DNA of 64,000 nucleotides from Lytechinus pictus (Eukaryota): NCBI RefSeq assembly GCF_037042905.1, contig NC_087252.1, positions 12,526,001 to 12,590,000 of the forward strand, read 5' to 3'. Shown piece by piece: positions 36,907 to 49,700 of this stretch (position 1 is its first letter; each line of letters starts with the position of its first letter). The notes under the pieces were generated by a model. It saw only the letters and a program-made list of their open reading frames with translations, ran no database searches and was not told where the DNA came from. The position numbers and the translations under genes were made by a program.

Positions 36907-37959
36907 TCAAAAATTATTCTTTGTGTTTATAGCTTCCATCACAACATCGGATAACCTTGGGCTCAATTGTTTTTTGATCGAGTTCTTCAGTATGTCAACC
37001 CTTTTGTTTACATAGGAGTGGTCGGTCTTGGTCATGTCAGTCGTCTGAACCTCTTTCAGAGCACTGGAAACTTTTGATAGGACATTGTACAATTCTTTGC
37101 CTAACCTCTCTAATTCTGAAGCTTCCCTTTTCATCGTAGAGTAATCTATCCTATTGTGATCCCTCGTGACATATCTGTATTGTTCCAGCTTATCACGTAA
37201 GACTGAAAACCCATCCGATAATTCATTGACACCTTTGTTGAAATAATCAATCGCAGTATTAAGGTCGTCACCGATTTTCGAAGGAACTGCCGAAAGACTT
37301 TTTTTTAATTTCTTGTCTTTCTCATTTATCCCGTCACTCACTTCCTTTACTTTTTTACCACCATGTACTACAGCTTCTCCAACTGCAGCAGCAGCTAAAG
37401 TTACCCCTGTAGCTACCGCTGCCAGAGGAAGCCAAACTGTCGCAGATAAGAGAGCTACTGTACCCAATGCCACTATTGCTGTAGCCTTTGTGCTCTCCAC
37501 AATAATCTGCGCGCCATTATCATTATACTCGGGTGATTTGCTGTCGTTTTTTGATACCTTTTCCTTCAGCACTTCCAGTATATCCGTATGTAATACGACG
37601 ATAACTCCAGCAAGCTCCTTCAAGTCCTTCAATTCATGCAGGATGCTATGTAGTGTGCTTCTCCACTCAGTGTACGTAAGTTTCATGTAATTCTTGGAAT
37701 ACGCCGTGGCTTTATCAAATAACAGTTTTGCTACTGACAGCACACCCTGAAGGTAGGCTTGTGTATCATTTCGCGTCTTGTCTCGGAGTTTTCGAAATTT
37801 CAGATCAGCTCTTGGATTTTCAGTAACCAAGTGATTCAAGGCCTCCGAGAATTCTTGCATGTACTTACACCCTTTCTTGAAATCATCCAGCCCTTCGAAT
37901 ACCTCACTGTCAGTATCCTGGTCTTGGTGTTCCATATCATCGTCGGACTCCCTAGATAG
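36907..37959 (-). CDS. Uncharacterised alpha-helical protein (342 aa from ATG 37935; likely a large terminal exon) with a central hydrophobic hairpin; candidate ClyA/Hbl- or ApoL-like membrane-inserting protein
   Basis: Only long, uninterrupted non-TE ORF in the window, with protein-like composition. Amphipathic helices flank ATAIVALGTVALLSATVWLPLAAVATGVTLAAAAVG. A splice acceptor (atttctatgattttaccAG) at 37960-37961 is in frame (LSRESDDD-M). Family assignment is inference only. Confidence 0.8.
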   Translation of the reverse strand, partial: LSRESDDDMEHQDQDTDSEVFEGLDDFKKGCKYMQEFSEALNHLVTENPRADLKFRKLRDKTRNDTQAYLQGVLSVAKLLFDKATAYSKNYMKLTYTEWRSTLHSILHELKDLKELAGVIVVLHTDILEVLKEKVSKNDSKSPEYNDNGAQIIVESTKATAIVALGTVALLSATVWLPLAAVATGVTLAAAAVGEAVVHGGKKVKEVSDGINEKDKKLKKSLSAVPSKIGDDLNTAIDYFNKGVNELSDGFSVLRDKLEQYRYVTRDHNRIDYSTMKREASELERLGKELYNVLSKVSSALKEVQTTDMTKTDHSYVNKRVDILKNSIKKQLSPRLSDVVMEAINTKNNF

Positions 37960-38136
37960 CTGGTAAAATCATAGAAATGCATACAGAAATATTGTTGCAT
38001 GACATTATCATTTCTTTCAAACAATCAGGGTTGTCGATCCATTTTTCAGATTGGGGGGGGGGGCAAAATCATGAATCAACGTTCCAAAGGCGCTTGATCA
38101 CACAAAACAAACACCCCCCCCCCCCGACACATTGGC

Positions 38137-38182
<46 letters not shown>

Positions 38183-39526
38183 GCAGCAATGGAGATACAC
38201 ACCTGAAAGTTGACCCTGAGTCTACCGACTTGAAGTCAATTTACTCAGAGTCATGTTCAGGACTTAGAATTTTTTCGAGCTCAGAGAGTATACTCCGGGC
38301 GGCAACGGAGTGCTATATCACGATTGCAGTTTCTTTCAGTTGATTTTTCTAACATGTGGTCTGTTTTCTTGATAACTGTTCAACTGGTTTGAGTTATTGC
38401 TTGGTTATTCATCTCTATTTGCGTTTCCTGTATTAATTATAATGCCTTAATAACAAAATAATGAGTCTAGATTTGTCATTGTAATGTTCCACGCAGAGCG
38501 ATTAATGTGGGGTTGTGGTCGCTTATTAGAACAGCCACTATACGTACGTGCATAGACCTACTGCGTACTCTGCGGAGCGAGAGCCGATTTTGAGTAATTA
38601 TGTAGTCTTATTCCAGGAATAAATAAATAAATAAGTAAAATAATAATTATAACAAGGCTCTAAAATTGTTTGGTTTTGTTTTTGTTCTTCAAACTGTGGT
38701 GTGATATTATGGTTCGACGCTTATTTTCCAAGATTCGTCAATTTTGACATCCAAGAAAGTGTAGTGACAGTGGCGTAGGCCTACTTCTGGTAGGGTTTGT
38801 GTCTTTGTGTCTTTACTGGAGAAAGGCTATTATATATGAATTAGAAATGATAAAAACTCACTAATGACGACTTTTGTATGAAACCCACGTTTTCGTTAGC
38901 ATCTCCCGCCCTCCCCCACAAACACACACACTGACTTGTTTGCGTTGAGAGCGTAAACATCTTAGATGTCACCAGTAATGTCAGTCTGAGCACTCTAAAA
39001 AAAAATTATTCTCTCCGAATTTCTACGTGATAAATGAGTTGACAAACACATAGCTGTTCATATTTTCCGGAAGCAAACAAAATGAATTGAATTGAACCTT
39101 GCTTAATTCTGGCATTTGGCATTATAATTTAGTTACCTACCCAACACCCTTTATACTGTATCTTATCAAATTTAAAATTCTTCTTACTTGCGATTCGAAC
39201 AGAGAATAATCATTTGATAAATGCAACAACGTGCATGCATTCCTCCCGTAGGCACCAACTGCTCCACCCCCCCCCCCCCAAAAAAAAAAAGACAAAAACT
39301 ATTATATTAAGATACGGACAGGATATGGGAATAACGTAATTTCATCTATTCCTGAAAATCCACAAAGAGAGTCATAACAACTTCAGGTAAGATGAATACC
39401 ACCATTATTGACCTCAAGTCAGCTAAGTAGAATATATCATCACTTTGAGTCGATTATATTAAGGGATATAAGGTAATTTTATCTATTTCTGAAAATCCAC
39501 AAATAGAGTCATAACAACTTCAGGTA

Positions 39527-42500
39527 CAGTGCCGGCCGCGGGAAACGTCACAGTGCCCCCTAGGGCGAACGCAGTAGCCCTTAGCGGACTTTGAGGGGAG
39601 CGGACGAGGGAAGACGCCCGCGTCCGCTCCCCTAGGGCACTCATGCCCTAGGGGAGCGCCCGCGTCTATCCTAGGGTGTTTCCCTAGGATGTTCGGCCGT
39701 GCATTCTTGGTCGAAAGAGGAAGTCTGATTTGACACATTCGTTCAAGACTGCATGTGATTTTTATCTCTTATCAAGCATAAGTTTTCGATCATTTATCGT
39801 GGATAAAATCTGTTGTGAAAATTACAAAGTTTTGGGTTGATAACTGGGATTTTAGGCTTTTTCACCGAATGACTTATTGTGTTCGATTACACACTGACAC
39901 CAGCGTAAAGGGTCCTTTCCTATGAATATTCTTCCCGTGGTGTCCGTTATTTCATTCACTGACATGGTTAGTCGTGATCGTAAATGAGTTTCTGACAAAG
40001 GAGCAGGTATTTGTCGATGTTGACCCTACATTCCGGAGGTCGTCCTAGAACTATTTACTCTTCTTTCCCTGCATGGTCATCCTTTTTTTTATACCCTGAC
40101 ATGCCTTTCAGGCGCGGATCTACGAGATGCAGATAAAAGGGAGAAAAAGAAAGCAAAAATGAAAGAAAATGCGAAAAGGAAGGGATGGATTGAAGACGAG
40201 AAGTAAAGAGATAAGAGAAATAGAAAAAGTGAGAGAAGGGGAAAGGGGAGAAAGAGAAAATAGGGGGGGGGGGGAGGCGAAGAGGAGAAAGAGGGAGAGG
40301 GGTAAATAAAAGAAATAAGGAAAAGGTGAAATGGAGAAGAAAACAGAGGGGATGAAAAAAGGGAAGGTGAGACAGAAAGAAAAGAGGGAAAAGGAGAAAA
40401 GGAAAATACATTGAAAATCGAAGGGGAGAAGAAGAGACAAAGGAAGACAAGGAAGAAGGACAAAATGAGAAAGAGAGAAGGATAAGGAGGGAAAATTAAA
40501 TAAAATGAAGAAGGGAGACATAATAAAATGGAGTAAAAAAGCGGAGGAGGGAAGAGAAGGAAGGGTGCAGTAAAAGGTAAAAAGTACAGGGGACAAAAGA
40601 AGTGGGACTTAAGAAAAAGTAGAGAAAAGAAGAGAAAGCGGGAAGAAAAATTTGGAAAATTGTCCAGTTTTTCATGTCAGAAAATACGTTAGTAACTCGC
40701 ATCTGCCTATTTTTACGCTGATGACAAGTATTGAACATTCTTGCGCTCAGTCTTGTAATTATTTTCTATCACCATGCTCACAATTTCCTGATCTCGTTGC
40801 ATCATTTAAAAACTTGTCCCGAATTAACATCCGCTCATTCAAGAAAGAAGAAAGAAAAAATGAAAGAAAATGCGAAAAGGAAGGGATGGATTGAAGACGA
40901 GAAGTAAAGAGATAAGAGAAATAGAAAAAGTGAGAGAAGGTGAAAGGGGAGAAAGAGAAAATAGGGGGGAGGCGAAGAGGAGAAAGAGGGAGAGGGGTAA
41001 ATAAAAGAAATAAGGAAAAGGTGAAATGGAGAAGAAAACAGAGGGGATGAAAAAAGGGAAGGTGAGACAGAAAGAAAAGAGGGAAAAGGAGAAAAGGAAA
41101 ATACATTGAAAATCGAAGGGGAGAAGAAGAGACAAAGGAAGAAAAGGAAAAAGGACAAAATGAGAAAGAGAGAAGGATAAGGAGGGAAAAATTAAATAAA
41201 ATGAAGAAGAGAGACATAATAAAATGAAGTAAAAAAAGCGGAGGAGGGAAGAGAAGGAAGGGTGCAGGAAAAGGTAAGAAGTACAGGGGACAAAAGAAGT
41301 GGGACTTAAGAAAAAGTAGAGGAAAAGAGAGAAAGCGGGAAGAAAAATTTGGGAAATTGTCCAGTTTTTCATGTCAGAAAATACGTTAGTAACTCGCATC
41401 TGCCCATTTTTACGCTGATGACAAGTATTGAACATTCTTGCGCTCAATCTTGTAATTATTTTCTATCGCCATGCTCACAATTTCCTGATCTCGTTGCATC
41501 ATTTAAAAACTTGTCCCGAATTAACATCCGCTCATTCAAGAAAGAAGAAAGAAAAATGAAAGAAAAAGGCAAAAAGGAAGGGATGGAAGGAAAATGAGAA
41601 GGAAAATAAAAAAGTGAGAGAAGGAGAAGAGAGCGAAGAAAAGAAGGGGAAAGGGGAAAAAAGAGAAAATATAGGGGGCTTATTGTTTCACGGTAATATG
41701 GATACCCTATAGTTCTGCAGTACTTAGTTATGAAACTTGTTTTACTCAGTAATGCTCACGCGTGATGGGGCTTTCATTCTTTAACTTGGCTTGACTAACT
41801 CCTTTGTTCCCCGAAAAGAATTGTTAGGTTTGATAGTTAGCGTTTGCGTGAGCACCCACCAAAACTCTTAACAAAAGAAAAGAATGGTTTGTATAGCTCC
41901 ATTCTTGCTTTGTCGGCAAGTGATAATTAACTCGTTAAGTACCCATTCCACACACTACGTCATAGTAGCTTTCGAAAACATACTTTTACTTGGATGTGTT
42001 TGAACATTGAAGCTAAATGTGCTATAAAAAATTAAATAGTTACATTATGGAAATAGTTTTTGTTGCTTTGCTCTGAAGCGCATTGAGCATCCAATCAAGA
42101 TGGAAAGTGCGCTTTACAAATATCATGTATTATTATTTTTAGCTTCCTTATAACACTGAATTCTGTATTATACTAAGTTGTGACTTGGTTTTATCATTTC
42201 CAATTCATATAACAAAATATATTTCGAAGGAAAATCTTGCTTTACTGAAAAAAAAATGTTTATAACTTTAATTGATGTCCGACTAATCTATCAATATAAA
42301 AACCGCAATTCGTAAATATAATAGTTTAATATTTACTTCGACGTCAATTATTCGTGTTATTATCATCATGTAGGTGTATCAGGGATATCAATATTCGTTT
42401 TAATCCCATCTATAATTTTGTATAAAATTGCGCGAAATATATGCGTTGTTCTCATCATGAAGCTGGAACCCCTCTTCATGCTTCTCCTTTATTATTTCCA

Positions 42501-44394
42501 CCACTTTCATCTCTTCCCAATTCGAATATCTACCAATGTAACTTAAAAACCGCAAAAGAGAGCAGGTTATGTGATCAGATGTTTTAGCAAAAAGATAAAT
42601 CTGTTCTATCTGTTACATTGAGGTAAATTTATACTTTTATAGGGCGAGGGTTTTAGAGACCCGATTTAAACCGAAATGAAAAAAAAATCCTCATTTATTG
42701 TTGCTAACGCATCAACAAATTAACCCCCCCCCCCATTTCTATGAACATCCTGTCATAAATTTGGAAGCGGATGTGATCAAAGGAGATCAAAGGTGTGGGT
42801 GGGGAGCAAGACTCTACCAGACTGTTGACAATAACAAAAGAACCAAATAACAAATCGATGAGCACAACCAGTTTTGCTGGTGTTCGCTTTTTGCACGTCT
42901 ACTTTGTATGATCTTGATCATACTAGTATTCGTTTTCAACGTACCTTTCATTCCCTTTATTAGGGTTTTATCAACCATTTCAACGAATTGACGATCCCAA
43001 TATTGACCGCACATTTGTTTTAACATAATGAGAATTCGCAAACGCCCTTGATATTCATAATTCTGTTTTATTTTAAGTTTGTCATTAATGTTTGTTAACA
43101 TTCACTCTTTTAATAACTTGTCAATTTTGATTTACCAAAAAAATCAAGTCTGCTTATTAATGTCTTTTATCTATTTTAATTTTTTTTTGTTGATATGCCT
43201 TTCTTTCTTCTTTCCTAATTCCACCGTGTGCACCCCGTTAAAACTCAATGAAGAATGTTTCAAATGTTTTCTAGTTCTTACACTGTTCATAAGGAGATGG
43301 GATTATGTGTATAGTTCACGCTGAAGGGAGAGGAATGGGTACGTATGGAACAAAAACTTATCCCAAAAGATAGAGGATTGATCTCCATGACCTTAAATCA
43401 CAATTGTGTCCTATTTTTTTTAAAACAAGTTTGTATGATACATGTATGTTTCCCACGTAAGGCGTAAGGAAAAAAGTTTACCTAATGCATCAAATTAGAT
43501 TCATTGATTAGATTCATTGCGGTAAATGGAAAATAATAAATTCGATGTTCCAGCCAGGGTGAACAGATTTCACAAAATTAAATACGGGACAATCGACAAA
43601 TCATCGGATTGACCGAGCCAGGCCAAAAAATCAACAAAAGGGCTACACAATTTTAGACTTGTTAACGTAATATATTAAGAATGGGGAATGGAGGGTGAGC
43701 GGAAGAAAGAAAAGAGAAAAAATGAGGGAACAAGAAATGAATTAAGAGGAAAGAAAAAATAAGGAAAAATTAAAAGGAAAAAAGTTTGAATAAAAGGATG
43801 AAAGAAAGAAAAAAAGACAGATAACGGTTTCCGTCATTACTGGAAATGAATAAAGAAAGAAATAATTAAAATAAAGGAAGGGAAGATGAATAAATGTGTG
43901 ATAGAAAAAAACATAAGGAGAGAAAAGTAAGTAAAATGGAGGAAAAGAGAAAGAAAGAAAAATAATTCCTTCATTGTTTGAAAGAAACAAAGACAGAAGA
44001 AAACAGGAAGGAAGCAAAGAAGGAAGAAAGGGAAAGAAGGAATAAGGGAAAAGAATTAAAAAGGGAAAACGTAACTTAAAAAATGAAAGAAAAGAAAACA
44101 AATAACATCAAAAAAAAAATAATAATCTACAATAGATTCCGATCACGCTAGTTTAAAAACATAATGGTCTATCACAAGATAACCAAAGTACATGCACATG
44201 TAAACATAATGCAGGGTACGTATCCTTGGGTTCCCTAGGATAAGTGCGGGCACGGCCAATATTATAGAGCGCGCAGGAAACTGCGGGCGCGGCTAAACAC
44301 CCTAGTCTGCTCCCCTTAAATACCCTAGGTTAGACGCGAAAGCCCCCTAGGGTATTTGCGTGCTCGGGCGTGACGTTTCCTGCGGCCGGCACTG
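39527..44394. mobile_element. 4.87-kb non-autonomous Tc1/mariner(pogo)-type element with TA TSD
   Basis: TIRs cagtgccggccgcgggaaacgtcac / gtgacgtttcctgcggccggcactg, TA at 39525 and 44395. Excision restores the minisatellite motif cttcaggTAagatgaatacc. Confidence 0.92.
40140..41680. repeat. Purine-rich tandem duplication, period about 700 bp, about 2.2 copies
   Basis: gtccagtttttcatgtcagaaaatacg at about 40662 and 41359; the GA-rich blocks are duplicated. Confidence 0.9.
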
Positions 44395-46214
44395 TAAGAT
44401 GAATACCACCATTATTGCCCTCAAGTCAGCAAACTAAAACACATCATCACTTTGAGTCCATTTTAATGAGGGATATCTTACTTTAGATACTTTATATATT
44501 TTAGGTCAGTTTCACGCTAAAGTAAGATACCAACTGCTCCACCCCCCCAAAAAAAAACGATTATATTAAGATATGGACATGATATGGGAAGAACGTAATG
44601 TTATCTATTCCTGAAAATCCACAAAGAGAGTCATAACAACTTCAGTTAAGATGAATACCACCATTATTGACCTCAAGTCAGCTAAGTAAAATATATCATC
44701 ACTTTGAGTCGATTATGTTAAGGGATATGAGGTAATGTTATCTATTCCTGAAAATCCGCAAATAGAGTCATAACAACTTCAGGTAAGATGACTATCACCA
44801 TTATTGACCTCAAGTCAGCAAACTAAAACAGATATTCTCTTTGAGTGGATTATATTAAGGGATATAAGGTAATGTTGTCTAGTCCTGAAAATCCACAAAG
44901 AGAGTCACATCAACACACAGTCCCATTTGCACGAAATCGCGTGGGCTTGCTGCGTTAAGTCTCCATGCTGCAGAACTACTGGCGAGGAATTTGCGTCTTT
45001 AAATATCAACCCCCTCCCCCAATAAAAAAAAAAATAAATAAATAAATGAATAAATGGGGAAAAATAGTATGAGTAGGTATGATACGTGGATGTCGGACAT
45101 GCCGGGATAAATTAAATGTCTCTAGACAATGTACACACATGAAAACCATAAAGTGACCCAAAACTTCAAGTAAAGTTAATACTACCCACAAAACCCTCAA
45201 GTCATGTAATAAAAAAACATGTCATCACTTTTAGTCAGTTACATGAAGGAATACAATCACACGACTGAGGTTGTTTTATGAACAGTTTTTAGCAAAATCA
45301 TGATATCAATCCCCCCCCCCCCCCCCGCTGGAAAAAAAGGCATAGACAGGGTATGGGATGAGGTAATGTTATCTCAACATGAAAATCCATGAAGTGAGGC
45401 ATAACAACATCACGTTAAGTGAATATTACAGACAGTGACCTCCAGTCACCGTACAAAAACATTCCATCACTTTTAGTCAATTATATCAAGAAATATAATC
45501 ATAATACTGAGTATTATGCTATATTAATATATCAACTGCATATCTATGATATGTTATGTATACATCGAAATCAAGTTGATCTACCTTTGTTTTCATTTTT
45601 ATTGTTAATTCAAATATCAACTGCCCCCCAACTGCAGCCCTGGAAACCCTACTAATCTAGGCCTCAGTACACTTAATTGGATGTAATCCAAATTGAATTG
45701 AATGAACAAATATTTTGGTGATTGATCTTGGAACCATATTATTCAACTACAAGAAATAAAATTTTCCTCTTTTTTTTAGTTATTTATTAGTTCCTGGAAT
45801 GAGACTACAATATTTTCACAAAATCAGCTCTCGCTCCGCAGAACACACAGCAGGTCTATGAATGTGCGTAGTGGCTGTTCTAATAAGCGACCACAACCAC
45901 ACATTAATCGCTTTGCGTGGAACATTACAATTACAAATCTAGACTCATTGTTTTGTTATTAAGGCATTATAATTAATACAGGGAACGCAAATAGAGATGA
46001 ATAACCAAGCAATAACTCAAACCAGTTGAACAGTTATCAAGAAAACAGACCACATGTTAGAAAAATCAACTGAAAGAAACTGCAATCGTGATATAGCACT
46101 CCGTTGCCGCCCGCAGTACACTCTGTGAAATTATAAGTCCTGAACATGACTCTGAGTAAATTGACTTCAAGTCGGTTAACTCAGGGTCAACTTTCAGGTG
46201 TGTATCTCCATTGC

Positions 46215-46248
<34 letters not shown>

Positions 46249-46249
<1 letters not shown>

Positions 46250-46721
46250 TGATTTAAGCTACGCCTACCATTGTTCTCTACATCCATTTTTTTCACAATA
46301 TTTAAATAAAAAGAGTTGCAAAAGCTGTTGTACATGTATAGATTCACATATTTGTATACTTTCTCCCATACGTGTACTGTATCAAAGCAATAGCTTTGAT
46401 CCAGCCGAGGCGTGACGGCTTGTCATTGTTCAAAACCCACCTTCACCCGACAAAGGAAATTATAATTGGTATGATGTCGAGAATCTGTCTATCTGACGGT
46501 CAATTGGATCGAGGTCTCCCTAGCCACCAACCCGTCTCTGCGGTCTAGTGGTTAAGGCACCGGCGTTCAAAGCTGGGGGCCCGTTTCGATTCCCGGCAGA
46601 GACATTTTTGGCATCACCAATTTTTCCAAAGGGTAGATAGCTCTGAGGAACCTTGATTTAAACTACGCCTACCATTGTTCTCTTCATCTATTTCTTTACA
46701 ATATTTAAATAAAAAGAGTTG
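46249..46721 (+). mobile_element. About 404-bp repeat unit with 70-bp direct terminal redundancy, containing a tRNA-like gene
   Basis: ttgatttaa.ctacgcctaccattgttctct...aatatttaaataaaaagagttg at 46249-46318 and 46653-46721; starts at the edge of a (TA)n tract. Confidence 0.75.
46534..46604 (+). pseudogene. tRNA-like sequence (tRNA-Glu-like D and T regions) with TCA at the anticodon position, followed by T5
   Basis: Acceptor GTCTCTG/CAGAGAC, D stem GTCT/AGGC, anticodon stem CCGGC/GCTGG, loop GT-TCA-AA, T loop TTCGATT. The T stem is damaged, and C8 and G32 are atypical. Confidence 0.75.
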
Positions 46722-49700
46722 ATCGTTACAGAGTCAATTGACGAGAAGGCAACAGCTGCTTGTGATCCTCTAACCTCTCTTAAGTCTCTGCAGACCTCAA
46801 AGGATAGAAAGAGGTCAGCTCGTTCTCGAACTTTACAGACTGGAAAACAGAATCACAAAGATGGTTCTGCTGAGAAAAATATCCGTCATGTGCCTTCAGC
46901 AAGGGCCAACACTACAGTGCGTCTAAAAAAAAACTATACACTTTTGAAAGGGCTACCAAACAAAAGATATGTAACTTTTGGGGAATATACCTATATATAT
47001 GGAAAGCCAATGAAGTCAACTTTCAGATGACACCAAAAAGTTGGAAAACCATTCATGCTTGAGTGAGCACTACCCATTTAAACAAAGGGTATGAAAATTA
47101 GGGTGGGCAGGAATTAGCCTTTCGATTTCTGTCAGTTTTTGAGAGGCAAGTCCCTCGGAACTTGCTAACTTAAATTAATTTAATTTAAATTAATGGTCAT
47201 TCACGATTGATTTAAATTGTTGAAGCAAATTTCATGAATTATCAAATTGAAATTTCATGCATGAGTGAGCGTGAAATGCAATCTTAAGTGCAGCATTTTA
47301 CAATTTACAATGTGGATCTCAGCCCCGATCTCAGCAGTGCGTTCATTTGTGTCAGGAGAATAGGGGTAAGAAACGACTTCAGTGGGTGAAGTAAGCTGAT
47401 GGGAAAAGGGTCAACAGAACGTTAGCCTCCCTCCTTCAGGTCCGTCCCTCCCCCCTACTGTTGAGATTGAGACTGATTGCTATTACATGTACGCATTAAG
47501 TCCAGGGTGGACTGTCAATTTGATAATAAATTCTGAAAATTAGGTCATCAACTTTGGACTGTCAATTTGATAATAAATTCTGAAAATTAGGTCATCAACT
47601 TTCATTTATCAATCATTCAATCAATAATTTGTTAGTAAATCAACTCAATCAATGTGATCAATCAAATATTCACCTTTTTCAATAAATTATCAATCAAACA
47701 TTCAGCTTTTTGAATAAATTATTTCATAAATCACCATGATTAGTCAAGTTCTTAATAATCATTCAATGGAAAAGAAAGACCCATCAACCATAAGTCACGA
47801 GGCATTTAAGTTTTTAATACCATCCAGGAAAAGAAAGGGGTGGAGGGCGGGGGTGAGTACATGACATGTAATTTGTATTAAAGAGAACACAAAGAAGAAT
47901 GCCCCTTTAACCCAGTCTTACCCTATCTCATGCCCTTGCATGTAAGAGGTACAATCACATTACTCTAACTCTCACAAGCAAACTTGCCAAGATCCACGTA
48001 ATAAACTAAAAATGCTACACTAAAATTACAATTCCTGTTTACTCATGTATTACATTTCAATTTTGTAACTTGCGTAAGAAACCAAAACTGATCTCAATTC
48101 ATCAGTAATTTAGCATAACATCCTACCCTTAACTGTGCAAGTTCCAAAGGACTCACCTCTAAAAAAACCTGGAAGGCTAATTCCTGCTCCCCTTATCAAA
48201 GGCTAGTCTCTCAGGAGGGGTGAAAGGGGTAGAGAGAGAGAGAGAGAGGGGGGGGGGGTTGATCTGTTGACCCTTATCCCATCAACCTATTTCCCCCACT
48301 TAAGTCCTATCCCTTCCATGATCACATTGCTGAGATCAACGTGCATTAATTTCAATTTAATTATTCTTGAAATTTGCTCTAAAACCTAAATTGATAAATG
48401 CTTGATCATCGATTTATCAGAACACCCCCAACTTTGCAAGTTCCAAGGGACTCGCATCTCAAAAACTGCACAGAAATTGGAAGGCAAATTCATGCCCAGC
48501 CTAATTTCCATACCCTTTGTTTAAGTGGGTAGTGCTCACTCAAGCATGAATAGTTTTCCAACTTTTTGGTGTCATCTGAAAATTGATTTAATTGGCTTTC
48601 CATATACATAGGTATTTTCCCTTATAGTGACATATTTTTTGTTTGATAGCCATTTCAAAAGTGTATAGTTTTTTTTTGAGACGCACTGTATATTACTGAA
48701 TGTTTCTCGTTCAATTCAGAAACGATGCAGAAGAAAAGACAGACTATTAACGACAATGGTCTCTGCTTTGGTTGCTTGAGAAAGGGACACTTGTCAAAGA
48801 GATGCAAGACAAGAAATACATGCTCCATTTGTAAAGGAAAGCATCCCATTGGAAGGAGATGCGACGGGATGCACACTATCAGAGAGAAGAGCAGTAAAGA
48901 AACTCTGGAATCAAATGCTCAGGCTTCCCAGTCAGATTCCAGTCATTCTATGAAGTCCTCGATGATTGTTCCGGTTTGGCTATCGCACGAATTCAGTCAT
49001 AAGGAGAGACTAGTGTATGTGCTATTGGACACGCAATATGACACGTCCTTCATTCTCACACAAACCAAAGAAGCAATGGGCATCAAAGGCGTGCAAATAC
49101 ACTTATTGCTTTTTGCAAATGAGAGAATAGCTTGTGACAAGGTGAATGGATTGAAAGTGAATGCTTACTACAACTCCGAGGAGGGACTTAGTCCCCCTCC
49201 AAGCTATACGAGGGACATTATCCCAGCAGATCGACATATATTCCTACTCCTGACACGGCAAGATCCTTTAAACACTTGTCAAGGATTGCCGATATGATTG
49301 CTCCTCTTTAGGATGTTAAAATTTGGTTCTTGATCGGCTACGACTGTGCCAAGGCTCTAGCTTCTCGTGCTGTCATCCACTCTCCTGACGAAAGTGGGCC
49401 CTATGCAGTCCAGACAGACCTTGGATGGAGCATTGTTGGGACGGTGAATGCAGGTTACGTTGATAGTCACAATGATCCCATTGGTGTGAGTCATCGTACG
49501 ACTGTACGAATTGTGCCTGAGGAGGTATAGTGGAAGGGTCATTGCTCAGAAGTGATCTTCACGCATTCAGCTACTATGAAGGAAGAAATCAACCCTCTTC
49601 ATGTTTTCCAACTTCTCGATGCTGACTTCACTTCCGGAGACACCCTTTTCACAGAATTATTTGAAGTTTGTTTGGCTAATGGGGAAAGAGATTCACATTT

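Larger units (their letters stand above)
39330..45500. repeat. Tandem minisatellite of about 125-140 bp inside the 8-kb element (39330-39526 and 44395-45500), split by the 4.9-kb insertion
   Basis: Recurrent atctattcctgaaaatccacaaagagagtcataacaacttcaggtaagatgaataccaccattattgacctcaagtcag. Confidence 0.85.
38185..46215. mobile_element. 8-kb element with TIRs of about 450 bp, inserted in a (TA)n microsatellite
   Basis: 38185-38630 (agcaatggagatacacacctgaaagttgaccctgag...) is inverted at about 45775-46215 (...gtcaactttcaggtgtgtatctccattgct). (TA)n lies on both sides. No transposase ORF seen. Confidence 0.9.

Noticed and set aside
40055..44101. Phe/Leu/Ser-rich ORFs up to 202 aa
   Set aside because: Artefacts of low-complexity GA/CT-rich sequence, open in several frames.
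46534..46604. Selenocysteine tRNA
   Set aside because: Lacks the 9-bp acceptor stem, extended D stem and long variable arm of eukaryotic tRNA-Sec.
47509..47602. 47-bp exact tandem duplication
   Set aside because: Ordinary slippage duplication inside a MITE.
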